This document shows, in pieces, positions 20,556-29,694 of a stretch of 64,000 nucleotides of DNA. This DNA comes from an uncultured cyanobacterium. GTDB lineage: Bacteria; Cyanobacteriota; Cyanobacteriia; Cyanobacteriales; Nostocaceae. A program made the position numbers and the translations under genes. The notes under the pieces are model-generated. The model was not told the DNA's origin, ran no database searches, and saw nothing but the letters and a program-made list of their open reading frames with translations. The stretch covers positions 2,848,001 to 2,912,000 of the forward strand of contig OY970166.1 of NCBI GenBank assembly GCA_963706595.1, given 5' to 3'. The number at the start of each line of letters is the position of its first letter. Within the stretch, counting starts at the first letter, position 1.

Positions 20556-20616
20556 TTAATAATAAAGCCCTTGGGGTTGGGACTGTTCCCACCCTAAAAC
20601 GCGCAAGATTGTAGAG

Positions 20617-21001
20617 CTATGCTAAGTTGACAATTAAATAGACATAAATACACTTATAGACAAAGCTATAAGTGTATTTATGTTTAAACCACATGAATTT
20701 GCCGAAAAAATGGGAGTTTCTGTGAAAACGTTGCAGAGATGGGACAATTCTGGGAAATTACCTGCCAAAAGAACACCATCGAACTAAAACCTGTTCTAAT
20801 TGCGGACATATTCAAGATATGCCGCTTTCAGAAAGAGTTTACAATTGCCACAATTGTGGGCATTCGATGGATAGAGATTTAAACGCAGCAATAGTTTTAT
20901 CAAGGTTGGCTAAACCTTGAAAGCTTGCTGAGGGATAACCGCTCCCATGCTCCCTTTGACGCAAGAAGTAAATGTCTAGCTTTGTCTAACATTTATATAG
21001 C
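20617..21001 (+). mobile_element. Internally deleted, non-autonomous IS607-family element
   Basis: 20680-20787 encodes MFKPHEFAEKMGVSVKTLQRWDNSGKLPAKRTPSN* (MerR-like HTH of IS607 TnpA). It is joined to TKTCSNCGHIQDMPLSERVYNCHNCGHSMDRDLNAAIVL (TnpB Zn-finger and RuvC-III, stop at 20920). TAGACA repeats lie at the left end and TGTCTA at the right end. Exact ends are approximate. Confidence 0.85.
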
Positions 21002-21018
21002 AGAATAGGTGGTTGATA

Positions 21019-21933
21019 TTATTGGGAAACAGCAGATGGATAAACGCCTGTGGAAACTATTACAGGTTTGTTTCTGTACTCAACTTCTAGCTGTCGCTGC
21101 ATATTTAAATCCCAAGTCAGGTCGTAATCTCGCTCTAGGTCAGCAACGACAAACGGACGCAGCACACCTGTAACAACTATACTTTCTCGATCACTGATAA
21201 TTGGCTGTGGATCGGTACGCAATACTAGTAACTCTTCTCCACCTAGTAATTGGTCTTCATCCAAGGTAAATGAAACTTCATTTTTCGTGTCTGCTACTTC
21301 ACCTGCTACAGCCAGAGTTTGACCATAGTATGGGGTGGGGTTAGAAATGATTTCCCCTGGTTTTGGTGCTAATGCCATTGATTGGGCAATAATCACAGGC
21401 TGGTTTTCGTATTCACTGTACAAGTCTGACGACAAGTTCAATTTGTAATCTTTATTGATTTCTGGTAGTACAAATCTGCGGACCTGTCCTGTAGCTTGAA
21501 CTTCTATATCCTGCCCATCAGGCAGAGTAAAAGGTTGACCTGTAGCATTAACAACTAAGATATTATCGCTACCGAATAATTTCTGATCCGTGACTGTAAA
21601 GCTGGTAGGACTTACTAAGCTGATCGGTTGACTTCTAATGGTTACGGTTTGACCAATCAGTTGATTTGTCATGTCTGAAACTTCTTCAGTGACGACATTT
21701 TTTGGCGATGTTGGAGCAATTGCTTCTCGAAATCCATTATTACAACCAGAAAGCAGCAAACTTCCCAGAACTAAAACAGTAATACCTTTAGACTGCCACA
21801 GCTTTTGCATCAAACTACTATTGGGAAAGCTGACACAACGGCTGAAGTGATTTGTGTTCAGTCTATTCAACATGAAAAAGCTCCTCATACTTGTTGTTCG
21901 TTCTCTAGAATCAGAGACACAATCTCTGCTCAT
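21019..21933 (-). CDS. Hypothetical lipoprotein with two internally repeated domains (true start probably downstream)
   Basis: Lipobox LLLSGC; two similar halves (GQTVTI..SFTVTDQKLFG..ILV / GQTLAV..SFTLDEDQLLG..LLV). Confidence 0.65.
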   Translation of the reverse strand: MSRDCVSDSRERTTSMRSFFMLNRLNTNHFSRCVSFPNSSLMQKLWQSKGITVLVLGSLLLSGCNNGFREAIAPTSPKNVVTEEVSDMTNQLIGQTVTIRSQPISLVSPTSFTVTDQKLFGSDNILVVNATGQPFTLPDGQDIEVQATGQVRRFVLPEINKDYKLNLSSDLYSEYENQPVIIAQSMALAPKPGEIISNPTPYYGQTLAVAGEVADTKNEVSFTLDEDQLLGGEELLVLRTDPQPIISDRESIVVTGVLRPFVVADLERDYDLTWDLNMQRQLEVEYRNKPVIVSTGVYPSAVSQ

Positions 21934-22108
21934 TACTGGTTGATTTATTTATATCGGTGAATGATGTAGTAAATAAACCCAGAGCATAAATTACATACGA
22001 ACTTTGTAGACCTAGCTATGTTACAAAATCAAATTCGTCTTTTCTTCCATCCTTTGGATCATTTATTTTTTATAACTTCTGAAGGATAACAACTTAATTA
22101 AAATAATA

Positions 22109-22258
22109 TATGGGAATCCGATTTGATTTATGAAAAAATCAAGTATCGTAGGGTGCGTTAGGATGAAATCCGTAACGCACCAAAGCCTTAATAATGGTGC
22201 GTTACGCTGCGCTAACACACCCTACTTGTTTGTTCAATAATCAAATAGTATTCCTATA
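22109..22258. mobile_element. TA-ended MITE-like element with an internal GTAG REP doublet
   Basis: Imperfect ~26-bp TIRs (TATGGGAATCCGATTTGATTTATGAA / rc TATAGGAATACTATTTGATTATTGAA); internal GTAGGGTGCG...CACCCTAC at 22148-22225. Confidence 0.65.
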
Positions 22259-22444
22259 GGTGATGATCATTAAACATTACTCATGTTCTTGTTTGCTAGC
22301 CCGGATTTCTTCCTGGTGAAAAATCTGGTAACGCAATTTTAGATTGGGGATTTTAAATTTGTGTCTAATCCAAAATTAAAAATGGCAGCAGGAAATTTTT
22401 AATTAATAAATTAACTTGTTATCCTGCATATCTTCACAAAGAGG

Positions 22445-23689
22445 TTGAGAATGAATCAGCAAAGTAATCATGAATCAGAGGAAACACAGCCTAGTTTATC
22501 TGCCCGATTAATAGAACTGGCTCAACTTTTTCTTAAGTTAGGCTTAATTGGTTTTGGTGGACCTCAAGCTCACATTGCCATGATTAATGATGAAGCGGTA
22601 GTGCGGCGGGGTTGGTTTACCCAAGAACAATTTTTAGAAGGAGTGGCAATTTGCGAGATGTTACCTGGTCCGGCTTCTACGCAGATGGGAATTTATACTG
22701 GGTATGTGCGGGCGGGACAGTTGGGTGCTTTAGTGGCTGGTATTTGTTTTATTTTGCCCGCTTTTTTAATTGTGCTGACTCTATCTTGGGCATATTTTCG
22801 TTTTCAGGGTATACCGCAGATTGAAAATTTGTTTCTGGGGGTGACACCTGTGGTGATTGCGATCATCTTCGGGTTTTGCTGGAAGTTAGGAAAACGGGCT
22901 ATTACAGATGTCAAAGGTGTGGCGATCGCGTTAGCTGTCCTACTTGTCACGTTGCTATTTCAAGTTAATATTTTATTACAATTCGTCTTAGCGGGGATTG
23001 TCGGGTTAATCCTTTACAGTCCATCAAATCGCAGCAGTGCTTGGCTAGTTCCCCTCTTACCGATGATGCAGGTACTACCCAAAACCTTAGCGACTGTATC
23101 TACTGACACATTAGCATTGTCCAGCTTTTGGGGACTAGAACGGATTCAAGAGTATTATTTAACGTTAATATTTTTCTTCTTAAAAGTCGGTAGTTTTATC
23201 TTCGGGGGTGGGTTAGTGATTATCCCCTTGCTGGAGTCGGAAGTAGTCAATCAATTTCATTGGTTAACCCGCAGCGAATTTCTGGACGGTGTTGCTATTG
23301 GTGAATTTACTCCGGGTCCGGTGGTGATTACGGCGGCTTTTGTCGGCTATAAGGTGGCTGGTGCAATGGGGGCTTTAATTTCGGCGATCGCCATTTTTAC
23401 CCCATCATTTCTATTTATTATGGGGGCTGCACCGATCTTAGTTCGCATTCGTCAAAACCCTGGGATTCGTAGCTTTTTGCAAGGCGTGACTCCGGCGGTT
23501 CTGGGTGCGATCGCCGCAGCAGCCATTCCCCTCGCAAAAACTGCTATCATCCAAGATACTCTGGGGCGCTCCATCTTAGCTGCGATTATCGGCATTCTGG
23601 CTTTAATTGCTCTAATCCGCTTCAAACGTCCCACATGGCAATTAGTCCCCACTGGTGCAGTTATAGGCTTAATTGCTGGCACTTTTTAA
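22445..23689 (+). CDS. chrA: Chromate efflux transporter
   Basis: GLIGFGGPQAHI, LPGPAS, and FIFGGG..TPGP in duplicated halves. Confidence 0.9.
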   Translation: MRMNQQSNHESEETQPSLSARLIELAQLFLKLGLIGFGGPQAHIAMINDEAVVRRGWFTQEQFLEGVAICEMLPGPASTQMGIYTGYVRAGQLGALVAGICFILPAFLIVLTLSWAYFRFQGIPQIENLFLGVTPVVIAIIFGFCWKLGKRAITDVKGVAIALAVLLVTLLFQVNILLQFVLAGIVGLILYSPSNRSSAWLVPLLPMMQVLPKTLATVSTDTLALSSFWGLERIQEYYLTLIFFFLKVGSFIFGGGLVIIPLLESEVVNQFHWLTRSEFLDGVAIGEFTPGPVVITAAFVGYKVAGAMGALISAIAIFTPSFLFIMGAAPILVRIRQNPGIRSFLQGVTPAVLGAIAAAAIPLAKTAIIQDTLGRSILAAIIGILALIALIRFKRPTWQLVPTGAVIGLIAGTF

Positions 23690-23701
23690 CAGTTGCTTCT
23701 A

Positions 23702-23779
23702 CCCATTCCCCGTTCCCCATTCCCCACTCCCCACTCCCCACTCCCCACTCCCCACTCCCCACTCCCCACTCCCCATTCC
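23702..23779. repeat. STRR heptamer tandem repeat (CCCCACT)n, about 11 copies
   Basis: Read directly, between two convergent genes. Confidence 0.95.
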
Positions 23780-24298
23780 TCAGCAAGGTTGACTTACCTT
23801 TGCTGTTAATTCTGCGGGGTTCATATTTTCGTAGTGTTCAAAGGGTTGATGAATCCAGGGGTTATCGGGCAGATAATCGACATAATAATCTGGTTTGATG
23901 GTAGAACAGGCTTTATACCACAGTACCGCCGTGCGAATTTCTGTAACGCCAAAATTACTATTTTGCTTTAACCAAGGTATAGTCTGCTCAATTGTGATTC
24001 CAGAATCTACCAAATCATCAACTAGGAGAATGTGGGAACCTAACTTTTCTGTGGTCATTGTTAAGTGACGAGACAAGGTTAAATTGCCTCTTTCTTGCTT
24101 ACCAGAACCACTGTAAGAAGATGTAGCTAAAATTGCCAAGGGCTGCTGATATATCCGGGAAATGATATCTCCCACTCGCAGTCCTCCTCTAGCGAGACAA
24201 ACAATCTGGTTGAATTCCCAGCCTGATTGATATATCTGAGCCGCTAGGTGTTCAATTTTCTGGTGATAATCTAACCAAGAAACGTAAAGGTCTGGCAT
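23780..24298 (-). CDS. Type I phosphoribosyltransferase (xanthine/guanine PRT-like)
   Basis: CLARGGL, PRPP-binding ILLVDDLVDSGIT, WIHQPFE; start set at MPDLYVSW. Confidence 0.85.
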   Translation of the reverse strand: MPDLYVSWLDYHQKIEHLAAQIYQSGWEFNQIVCLARGGLRVGDIISRIYQQPLAILATSSYSGSGKQERGNLTLSRHLTMTTEKLGSHILLVDDLVDSGITIEQTIPWLKQNSNFGVTEIRTAVLWYKACSTIKPDYYVDYLPDNPWIHQPFEHYENMNPAELTAKVSQPC

Positions 24299-24316
24299 AA
24301 ATGAAGTAATTTTTAA

Positions 24317-25807
24317 GTGATACTGAAGCAACTACAAACTTTTTATCTGAGTATGAGCATGAATGATTCGGTTGATGAGTCTGCCGGCATGAATCCAGAA
24401 AATGCCAAACTGGATTTGAAAACCAAACTAGCTTATGGGGCTGGAGATTTTGGACCAGCCATTACTGGCAATATTTCTATATTTTTTCTGCTGGTTTTCT
24501 TTACCAATGTGGCTGGGATTCCGGCTGGTTTAGCTGGTAGCGTTTTAATGATTGGTAAAATTTGGGATGCGATCAACGACCCGATTATTGGAGTGTTGTC
24601 AGATAGAACCAAATCTCGGCGCTGGGGTCGTCGTTTACCTTGGATGCTTTACGGGGCAATTCCTTTTGGCGTGATCTTTTTCTTGCAGTGGATTGTACCG
24701 CGTTTTAGTGCCGACCAGAGTAGTAATATTTGGCCATTGTTTTGGTATTATGTCGCCATTGGGTTATTATCTCAGGTGGTTTACACCGTTGTCAGTTTGC
24801 CTTATACGGCAATGACTCCAGAGCTAACTCAAGATTATGATGAACGCACTAGCCTGAATAGCTTTCGCTTTGCTTTTTCGATTAGTGGCAGTATTTTATC
24901 GTTGATTTTAGCGCAAATTATTTTTTCTACCATTGAAAATGACCAACAACAATATCTCGTATTAGCGGGAATTTGTGCGGTAATTTCGGTTTTAGCTATA
25001 TATGTTTGTATTTTCGGAGTGCGCGATCGCGTTTTAGCTTTTGAAGCCAAGCGTACCCAAATTGAACAACCTGTATCCATACCCTTCTTTGAACAACTAA
25101 AAATCGTTTTTAACAATGGACCGTTTCTATTTGTGATTGGTATATATCTTTTTTCTTGGTTGGGAGTACAAGTCACAGCCACCACTATTCCTTATTTTGT
25201 GATCAACTGTATGGGTTTAAACGATTCAGATGTCCCCACAGTCATGATTGCAGTCCAAGCAACAGCCTTGCTAATGTTATTTGTTTGGAGTGCTTTAAGC
25301 AAGAAAATCGGGAAAAAAGTGGTTTATTTTCTGGGAATGAGTTTCTGGATAATCGCCGCCGGAGGACTGTTTTTTTTACAGCCTGGTCAAATAGGTTTAA
25401 TGTATCTCATGGCTGTAATGGCTGGTGTTGGCGTGTCCACAGCTTATTTAGTTCCTTGGTCACTGATTCCAGATGTGATTGACTTAGATGAATACCGCAC
25501 CGGACAACGCCGAGAAGGAATTTTTTATGGCTTTATGGTTTTGCTGCAAAAATTAGGTTTAGCTTTAGGAATATTTTTAGTCGGAAACGCTTTACAAGCC
25601 GCCGGTTTCCAAGCAACCATAGCAGGACAAGCTATACCCATACAACCAGAATCAGCCTTAACAGCCATCCGCATCACCGTTGGTCCATTACCGACAATTT
25701 TCTTGATTTGTGGTTTATTTCTGACATATTTTTATCCAATTACCCGTGAGATGCACGCAGAGATTATGATGAAACTCAAAGCCCGTCAGGAAAATATAGG
25801 AATTTAA
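24317..25807 (+). CDS. MFS transporter, glycoside-pentoside-hexuronide (MelB-like) family (true start probably ~24353)
   Basis: WDAINDPIIG, WGRRLPW, DYDERTSL, GQRREGIFYG. Confidence 0.85.
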   Translation: MILKQLQTFYLSMSMNDSVDESAGMNPENAKLDLKTKLAYGAGDFGPAITGNISIFFLLVFFTNVAGIPAGLAGSVLMIGKIWDAINDPIIGVLSDRTKSRRWGRRLPWMLYGAIPFGVIFFLQWIVPRFSADQSSNIWPLFWYYVAIGLLSQVVYTVVSLPYTAMTPELTQDYDERTSLNSFRFAFSISGSILSLILAQIIFSTIENDQQQYLVLAGICAVISVLAIYVCIFGVRDRVLAFEAKRTQIEQPVSIPFFEQLKIVFNNGPFLFVIGIYLFSWLGVQVTATTIPYFVINCMGLNDSDVPTVMIAVQATALLMLFVWSALSKKIGKKVVYFLGMSFWIIAAGGLFFLQPGQIGLMYLMAVMAGVGVSTAYLVPWSLIPDVIDLDEYRTGQRREGIFYGFMVLLQKLGLALGIFLVGNALQAAGFQATIAGQAIPIQPESALTAIRITVGPLPTIFLICGLFLTYFYPITREMHAEIMMKLKARQENIGI

Positions 25808-25811
25808 TGAT

Positions 25812-25905
25812 TAGACATCTGGTGACAAAGAATCTAGAGACGTTCCATGGAACGTCTCTACAACGCTTCTGTGATCACGCATATTTTATTTTCATCAGAT
25901 GTCTA
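25812..25905. mobile_element. Small MITE-like element with an internal palindromic short dispersed repeat
   Basis: Ends TAGACATCTGGTGA / TCATCAGATGTCTA; internal perfect palindrome TAGAGACGTTCCATGGAACGTCTCTA at 25835-25860. Confidence 0.6.
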
Positions 25906-26044
25906 TTAACCGCCGATGAACGCTACGGATTTCGGATATATAGTCGCGGATCATGAAAGCGTTCACCTAGCCTGCTGGAGGCTGTATTCCAATCACCAAG
26001 TCTATCTGGCAAAATTCGATTACCATAGCTGAGTATTCAAATAT

Positions 26045-26440
26045 TTGGACTGTAAAAATTCTATGACTAGAGTGACATCTCAAGAAATTGCCCTGTTTCG
26101 TTCTCAATTAGTTGATGATTCTATGGCTATGGAAGCTCTAGACTTGATTGAAGATTGTGATGGAGATTTAGAAGATGCAGCCATGAGTCTGGCGATTCGG
26201 GCGGGACAAGAACCAGGTATGACTAATTCCGAGTGGTTGGATGCTATAGCCAGAAAATGGCGGGCGGTGGTTTGTGAACAAGAATACCGCCAGGATTTAC
26301 TCAATAACTCTTTGGTGAGTGTCATGGAACGTCTCAAAAAAATGCCATCATTTCCTCAGATTTTGGCAGTCCCAGTTCTCATCTATATTCTTAAGCAAGG
26401 CGTGAATGATTTTTGTGAGCCACTGGATTCGTTTCAGTGA
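26045..26440 (+). CDS. Hypothetical protein (probable start ATG 26063)
   Basis: Acidic ORF containing IEDCDGDLEDAA; fits the gene spacing. Confidence 0.65.
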   Translation: MDCKNSMTRVTSQEIALFRSQLVDDSMAMEALDLIEDCDGDLEDAAMSLAIRAGQEPGMTNSEWLDAIARKWRAVVCEQEYRQDLLNNSLVSVMERLKKMPSFPQILAVPVLIYILKQGVNDFCEPLDSFQ

Positions 26441-26631
26441 TATCTGCACCTAGAAAGTGGGATAATAGGGAGATGCGAAACACAATTCCACATTTCCCGT
26501 AACACAGTAGTTAACTTTGTCTCCTCTACCCTGTCGATTTCTAAATCTCTGAAATTAGACACAAGATTGATTCAACTAGCACTGATACGCTGTAAATTAA
26601 GAACTTTTATCACACAATTATTATTTAATCA

Positions 26632-27138
26632 ATGAATTACGTTGTTGCCGTGTTACCAGACCGTATCCAAGCCGAAGGCGCTTACTTAGCTCTAGAAGCC
26701 GAGGGCATCAAAAGCACTATCCTGGGAAGGGGTTATAAAACTGCTGATGAGTTTGGTTTGATTGACCCCAAGGAACAAGCTAAAAAGCAAGCCAAGCTGA
26801 TGTCTTATTGGCTGATCCCATTCGGCTTTTTTGCAGGTTGTGGTTTCAGCCTAGCTACAGGTTTAAATACCTTTGCTTGGGCGGGGGAAATTGGCAATCA
26901 CATCGTTGGGGGACTGCTGGGCGCTGTTGGTGGCGCTATGGGTAGTGTGTTTGTCGGTGGTGGTGTTGGTTTAGTGCTGGGCGGTGGTGATGCTTTACCC
27001 TACCGCAATCGGTTAGATATGGGTAAATACATAGTTGTGGTTCAAGTTTCTGAAGCCATCAGTCGGCAAGCAACTCGGATATTGCGTAAATTTGAGCCAG
27101 AAAATATCCAAGGTTATGCTGATACAACTAACACATAG
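26632..27138 (+). CDS. Conserved hypothetical membrane protein (Gly-zipper type)
   Basis: Gly-rich TM pair (GGLLGAVGGAMG); directly upstream of the S4 gene. Confidence 0.7.
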   Translation: MNYVVAVLPDRIQAEGAYLALEAEGIKSTILGRGYKTADEFGLIDPKEQAKKQAKLMSYWLIPFGFFAGCGFSLATGLNTFAWAGEIGNHIVGGLLGAVGGAMGSVFVGGGVGLVLGGGDALPYRNRLDMGKYIVVVQVSEAISRQATRILRKFEPENIQGYADTTNT

Positions 27139-27156
27139 AAATTCAAAATTGGGATC

Positions 27157-27936
27157 ATGTTACCAAGAGAAGAACTTTTAAAAGGTGTTGAAAATCGAGA
27201 TAGTGTCGCTCGTGTGATTGATCAGGCTGAACAAGCGATTAAAACTTGGGAAGTGGTTTTGACTGATTTTTTGTCTCCGCCGGAATTAGCAGAAATTAAC
27301 CGGGTATTCAGTCGATTAACAGATGTGCAATTAGTCGCCTGGGGCGGTTATCCCCAAGCCGAACGTCAAAGAATTGCGATCGCACGTTCGGAACTTCCCT
27401 TAGAAACATCTCAAGTTGACCTCGTAGCCCTGGAATTCGCTGGTAATTTTCTTTTTGATACCGCCTCTCACCGCGACTTTTTAGGCGCAATGCTGGGGAC
27501 AGGCATCGTCCGTGAAAAGACAGGAGATATTATTGTTCTGGGCGAACGGGGAGCGCAAGCCATTGTCGCGCCGGAGTTAGCAGAATTTTTAGAAATCAGT
27601 CTGCAACAGGTGCGTTCAGTGCCGGTGAAAACGCAGCGCATTGATATCAATGAGTTAAAGGTTAGGGAACCGAAGAAGAAGGAATTAACCACAGTTGAGG
27701 CTTCTTTGCGATTAGATGCGATCGCCTCGGCTGGTTTTGGGATGTCCCGCAGCAAAATGGTCAATTTTATTGAGGGTGGTGATGTCCGCGTCAATTGGAA
27801 AGACGTTAGTCAAGCTAGTTCTCAAGTCAAATCAGGTGACTTAATCGCTATTCGTGGTAAAGGACGTTTAGAAGTAGGAGAAATTGCCGTTACAAAAAAA
27901 GAACGTTACCGAGTTCAATTAACAAGATATATGTAA
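27157..27936 (+). CDS. Photosystem II-associated S4-domain RNA-binding protein (YlmH/Sll1252 family)
   Basis: TDFLSP, GGYPQAER, HRDFLGA, S4 domain SLRLDAIAS..GDLIAIRGKGR. Confidence 0.9.
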   Translation: MLPREELLKGVENRDSVARVIDQAEQAIKTWEVVLTDFLSPPELAEINRVFSRLTDVQLVAWGGYPQAERQRIAIARSELPLETSQVDLVALEFAGNFLFDTASHRDFLGAMLGTGIVREKTGDIIVLGERGAQAIVAPELAEFLEISLQQVRSVPVKTQRIDINELKVREPKKKELTTVEASLRLDAIASAGFGMSRSKMVNFIEGGDVRVNWKDVSQASSQVKSGDLIAIRGKGRLEVGEIAVTKKERYRVQLTRYM

Positions 27937-28268
27937 TTAATTGAAATTTGTAATAGTTCCCAATGAATATTTTTCCAAATTAATTCGCAGTGGTATTCCT
28001 GTGGAATTAGATGCAGAAGATATATAGTTAATCTTTTAACTCACCCCGCCTTTGACTTCCTTCAAATTCTCCCCTCTCCTTACTAAGGAGAGGGGCTGGG
28101 GGTGAGGTTCTATATTTTATTAAATCTAATTGCTATCCTCATATCAGGTTCTTGTTTTTCGTGACACAGGAAGAAGTGTAAATTAAGATTAGCTACTGAA
28201 TCATCGCATTCACTCAAAATTATTTAACTCAACCAGAAATTTAACCACGATAATAGAATTAACCTTTC

Positions 28269-28874
28269 GTGAAAATGATCATGGAGACCCTCACCTTAAA
28301 CATACCTCCAAGCGTAGGTTTAACCGATGAGCAGTTTTATCAACTCTGCATTGCTAACGAACCTTGGCAATTAGAACTTACCCAGACTGGAGAATTAATT
28401 ATTATGCCACCAACAGGTGGAGAAAGCGGAATTAGAAACTCAGATATTAATATAGAACTCGGTTTATGGAACCGTCAAACCAAATTAGGCAAAGTTTTTG
28501 ACTCTTCCACTGAGTTTAAATTACCCAATGGTGCATATCGCTGTCCTGATGCGGCTTGGGTGAAGTTAGAACGTTGGGAAGCTTTAACCAAAGATGAAAA
28601 AAGACGTTTTCCGCCGCTTTGTCCTGATTTTGTGATTGAACTGCGTTCAGAAAGTGATAGTTTAACTAAATTACGCCCTAAAATGCGAGAGTATCAAGAA
28701 AATGGTGCGCGGTTAGGGTGGTTAATTGATCCGCAAACACCTGCGGTAGAAATTTATCGCCCAGGACAAGATGTAGAAGTTTTGAATTTCTCTTTTGATC
28801 AACCTCCTCAACTTTCTGGTGAAGCAGTTCTACCTGGTTTTGTTTTAGATTTGACGATTATTTTAAATCCATAG
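28269..28874 (+). CDS. Uma2-family endonuclease
   Basis: FDSSTEFKLPNGA, PDAAWV, PDFVIELRS, GARLGWLIDP. Confidence 0.9.
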   Translation: MKMIMETLTLNIPPSVGLTDEQFYQLCIANEPWQLELTQTGELIIMPPTGGESGIRNSDINIELGLWNRQTKLGKVFDSSTEFKLPNGAYRCPDAAWVKLERWEALTKDEKRRFPPLCPDFVIELRSESDSLTKLRPKMREYQENGARLGWLIDPQTPAVEIYRPGQDVEVLNFSFDQPPQLSGEAVLPGFVLDLTIILNP

Positions 28875-28963
28875 AGTCGAGTAAAGGTTAAAGCCTTAGC
28901 TTAACTATCTGTACGATTGCTCATTTGATCCCAACCCTTACCCGACAAAGATTTTGCTTGAGT

Positions 28964-29440
28964 TTACAAATTAGCTCTTACACCTTGGACTGTCAATACA
29001 GAACAGGGTGCATGGTGTAATACATAGTTGCTGACACTACCTAAGAAAAATTCACTGATGCCACTGAGTCCCCGACGGCCTAAAACAATTAAATCAGCCT
29101 GAGAACTACGGGCTACTTCACAAATAGTGCGGCTTGGTTCACCTATTTTTTGGGTAAAATCAGATGCTATCCCCTTGGCGATCGCTTGATTATTGAGCAG
29201 TGTTAAAAATTCAATTCCTTCTCGTTTTAAACTTTCCCATTGATTTACATAATAGTTCACATCGTCATAAACACTGTATGTTTCCATTGTGGAAGCATCG
29301 AGATAAGCATCATCAGAAGGTGAGATGACGTGTAACAACAACAATTCGGCATTGCTGGCTGTTGCTAAAAATAGGGCGTGTTCAAAAATTTGTTGCCCAA
29401 TTGCATTGGTACTCAGTGGGACTAAAATTTTGTTAAACAT
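28964..29440 (-). CDS. Universal stress protein
   Basis: KILVP, DLIVLGRRG, LGSVSNYVLHHAPCSVLTV. Confidence 0.92.
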   Translation of the reverse strand: MFNKILVPLSTNAIGQQIFEHALFLATASNAELLLLHVISPSDDAYLDASTMETYSVYDDVNYYVNQWESLKREGIEFLTLLNNQAIAKGIASDFTQKIGEPSRTICEVARSSQADLIVLGRRGLSGISEFFLGSVSNYVLHHAPCSVLTVQGVRANL

Positions 29441-29694
29441 AATTAAAAGTCTGTAGTTATTAGTCAGTAGTTAATCACGCAATTTGTAAATTATTTTAAC
29501 ATTGATAATTGCGAAAAATATTGCTTGGCAGAATGCTTATCCCGTAAGGGTTACAGCCTTAGCATAATTTTCTGTTTGCGATTGCTCATTTAGCCCCTAG
29601 TAGGACTAAAGCCAAAAATTGCCGAAAGTGATTACAGTCTCAATGTGGCATTAGAGGATAAGTTAACTTACTAGACAAAGCGCCTACCATAATC

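Noticed and set aside
23635..23898. 87-aa ORF with PHSPLPT repeats
   Set aside because: Read-through of an intergenic STRR tract, overlapping two real genes.
28022..28140. Another MITE around the CCCCTCTCCTT..AAGGAGAGGGG palindrome
   Set aside because: The inner palindrome is real, but the outer terminal repeats are too degenerate to call.
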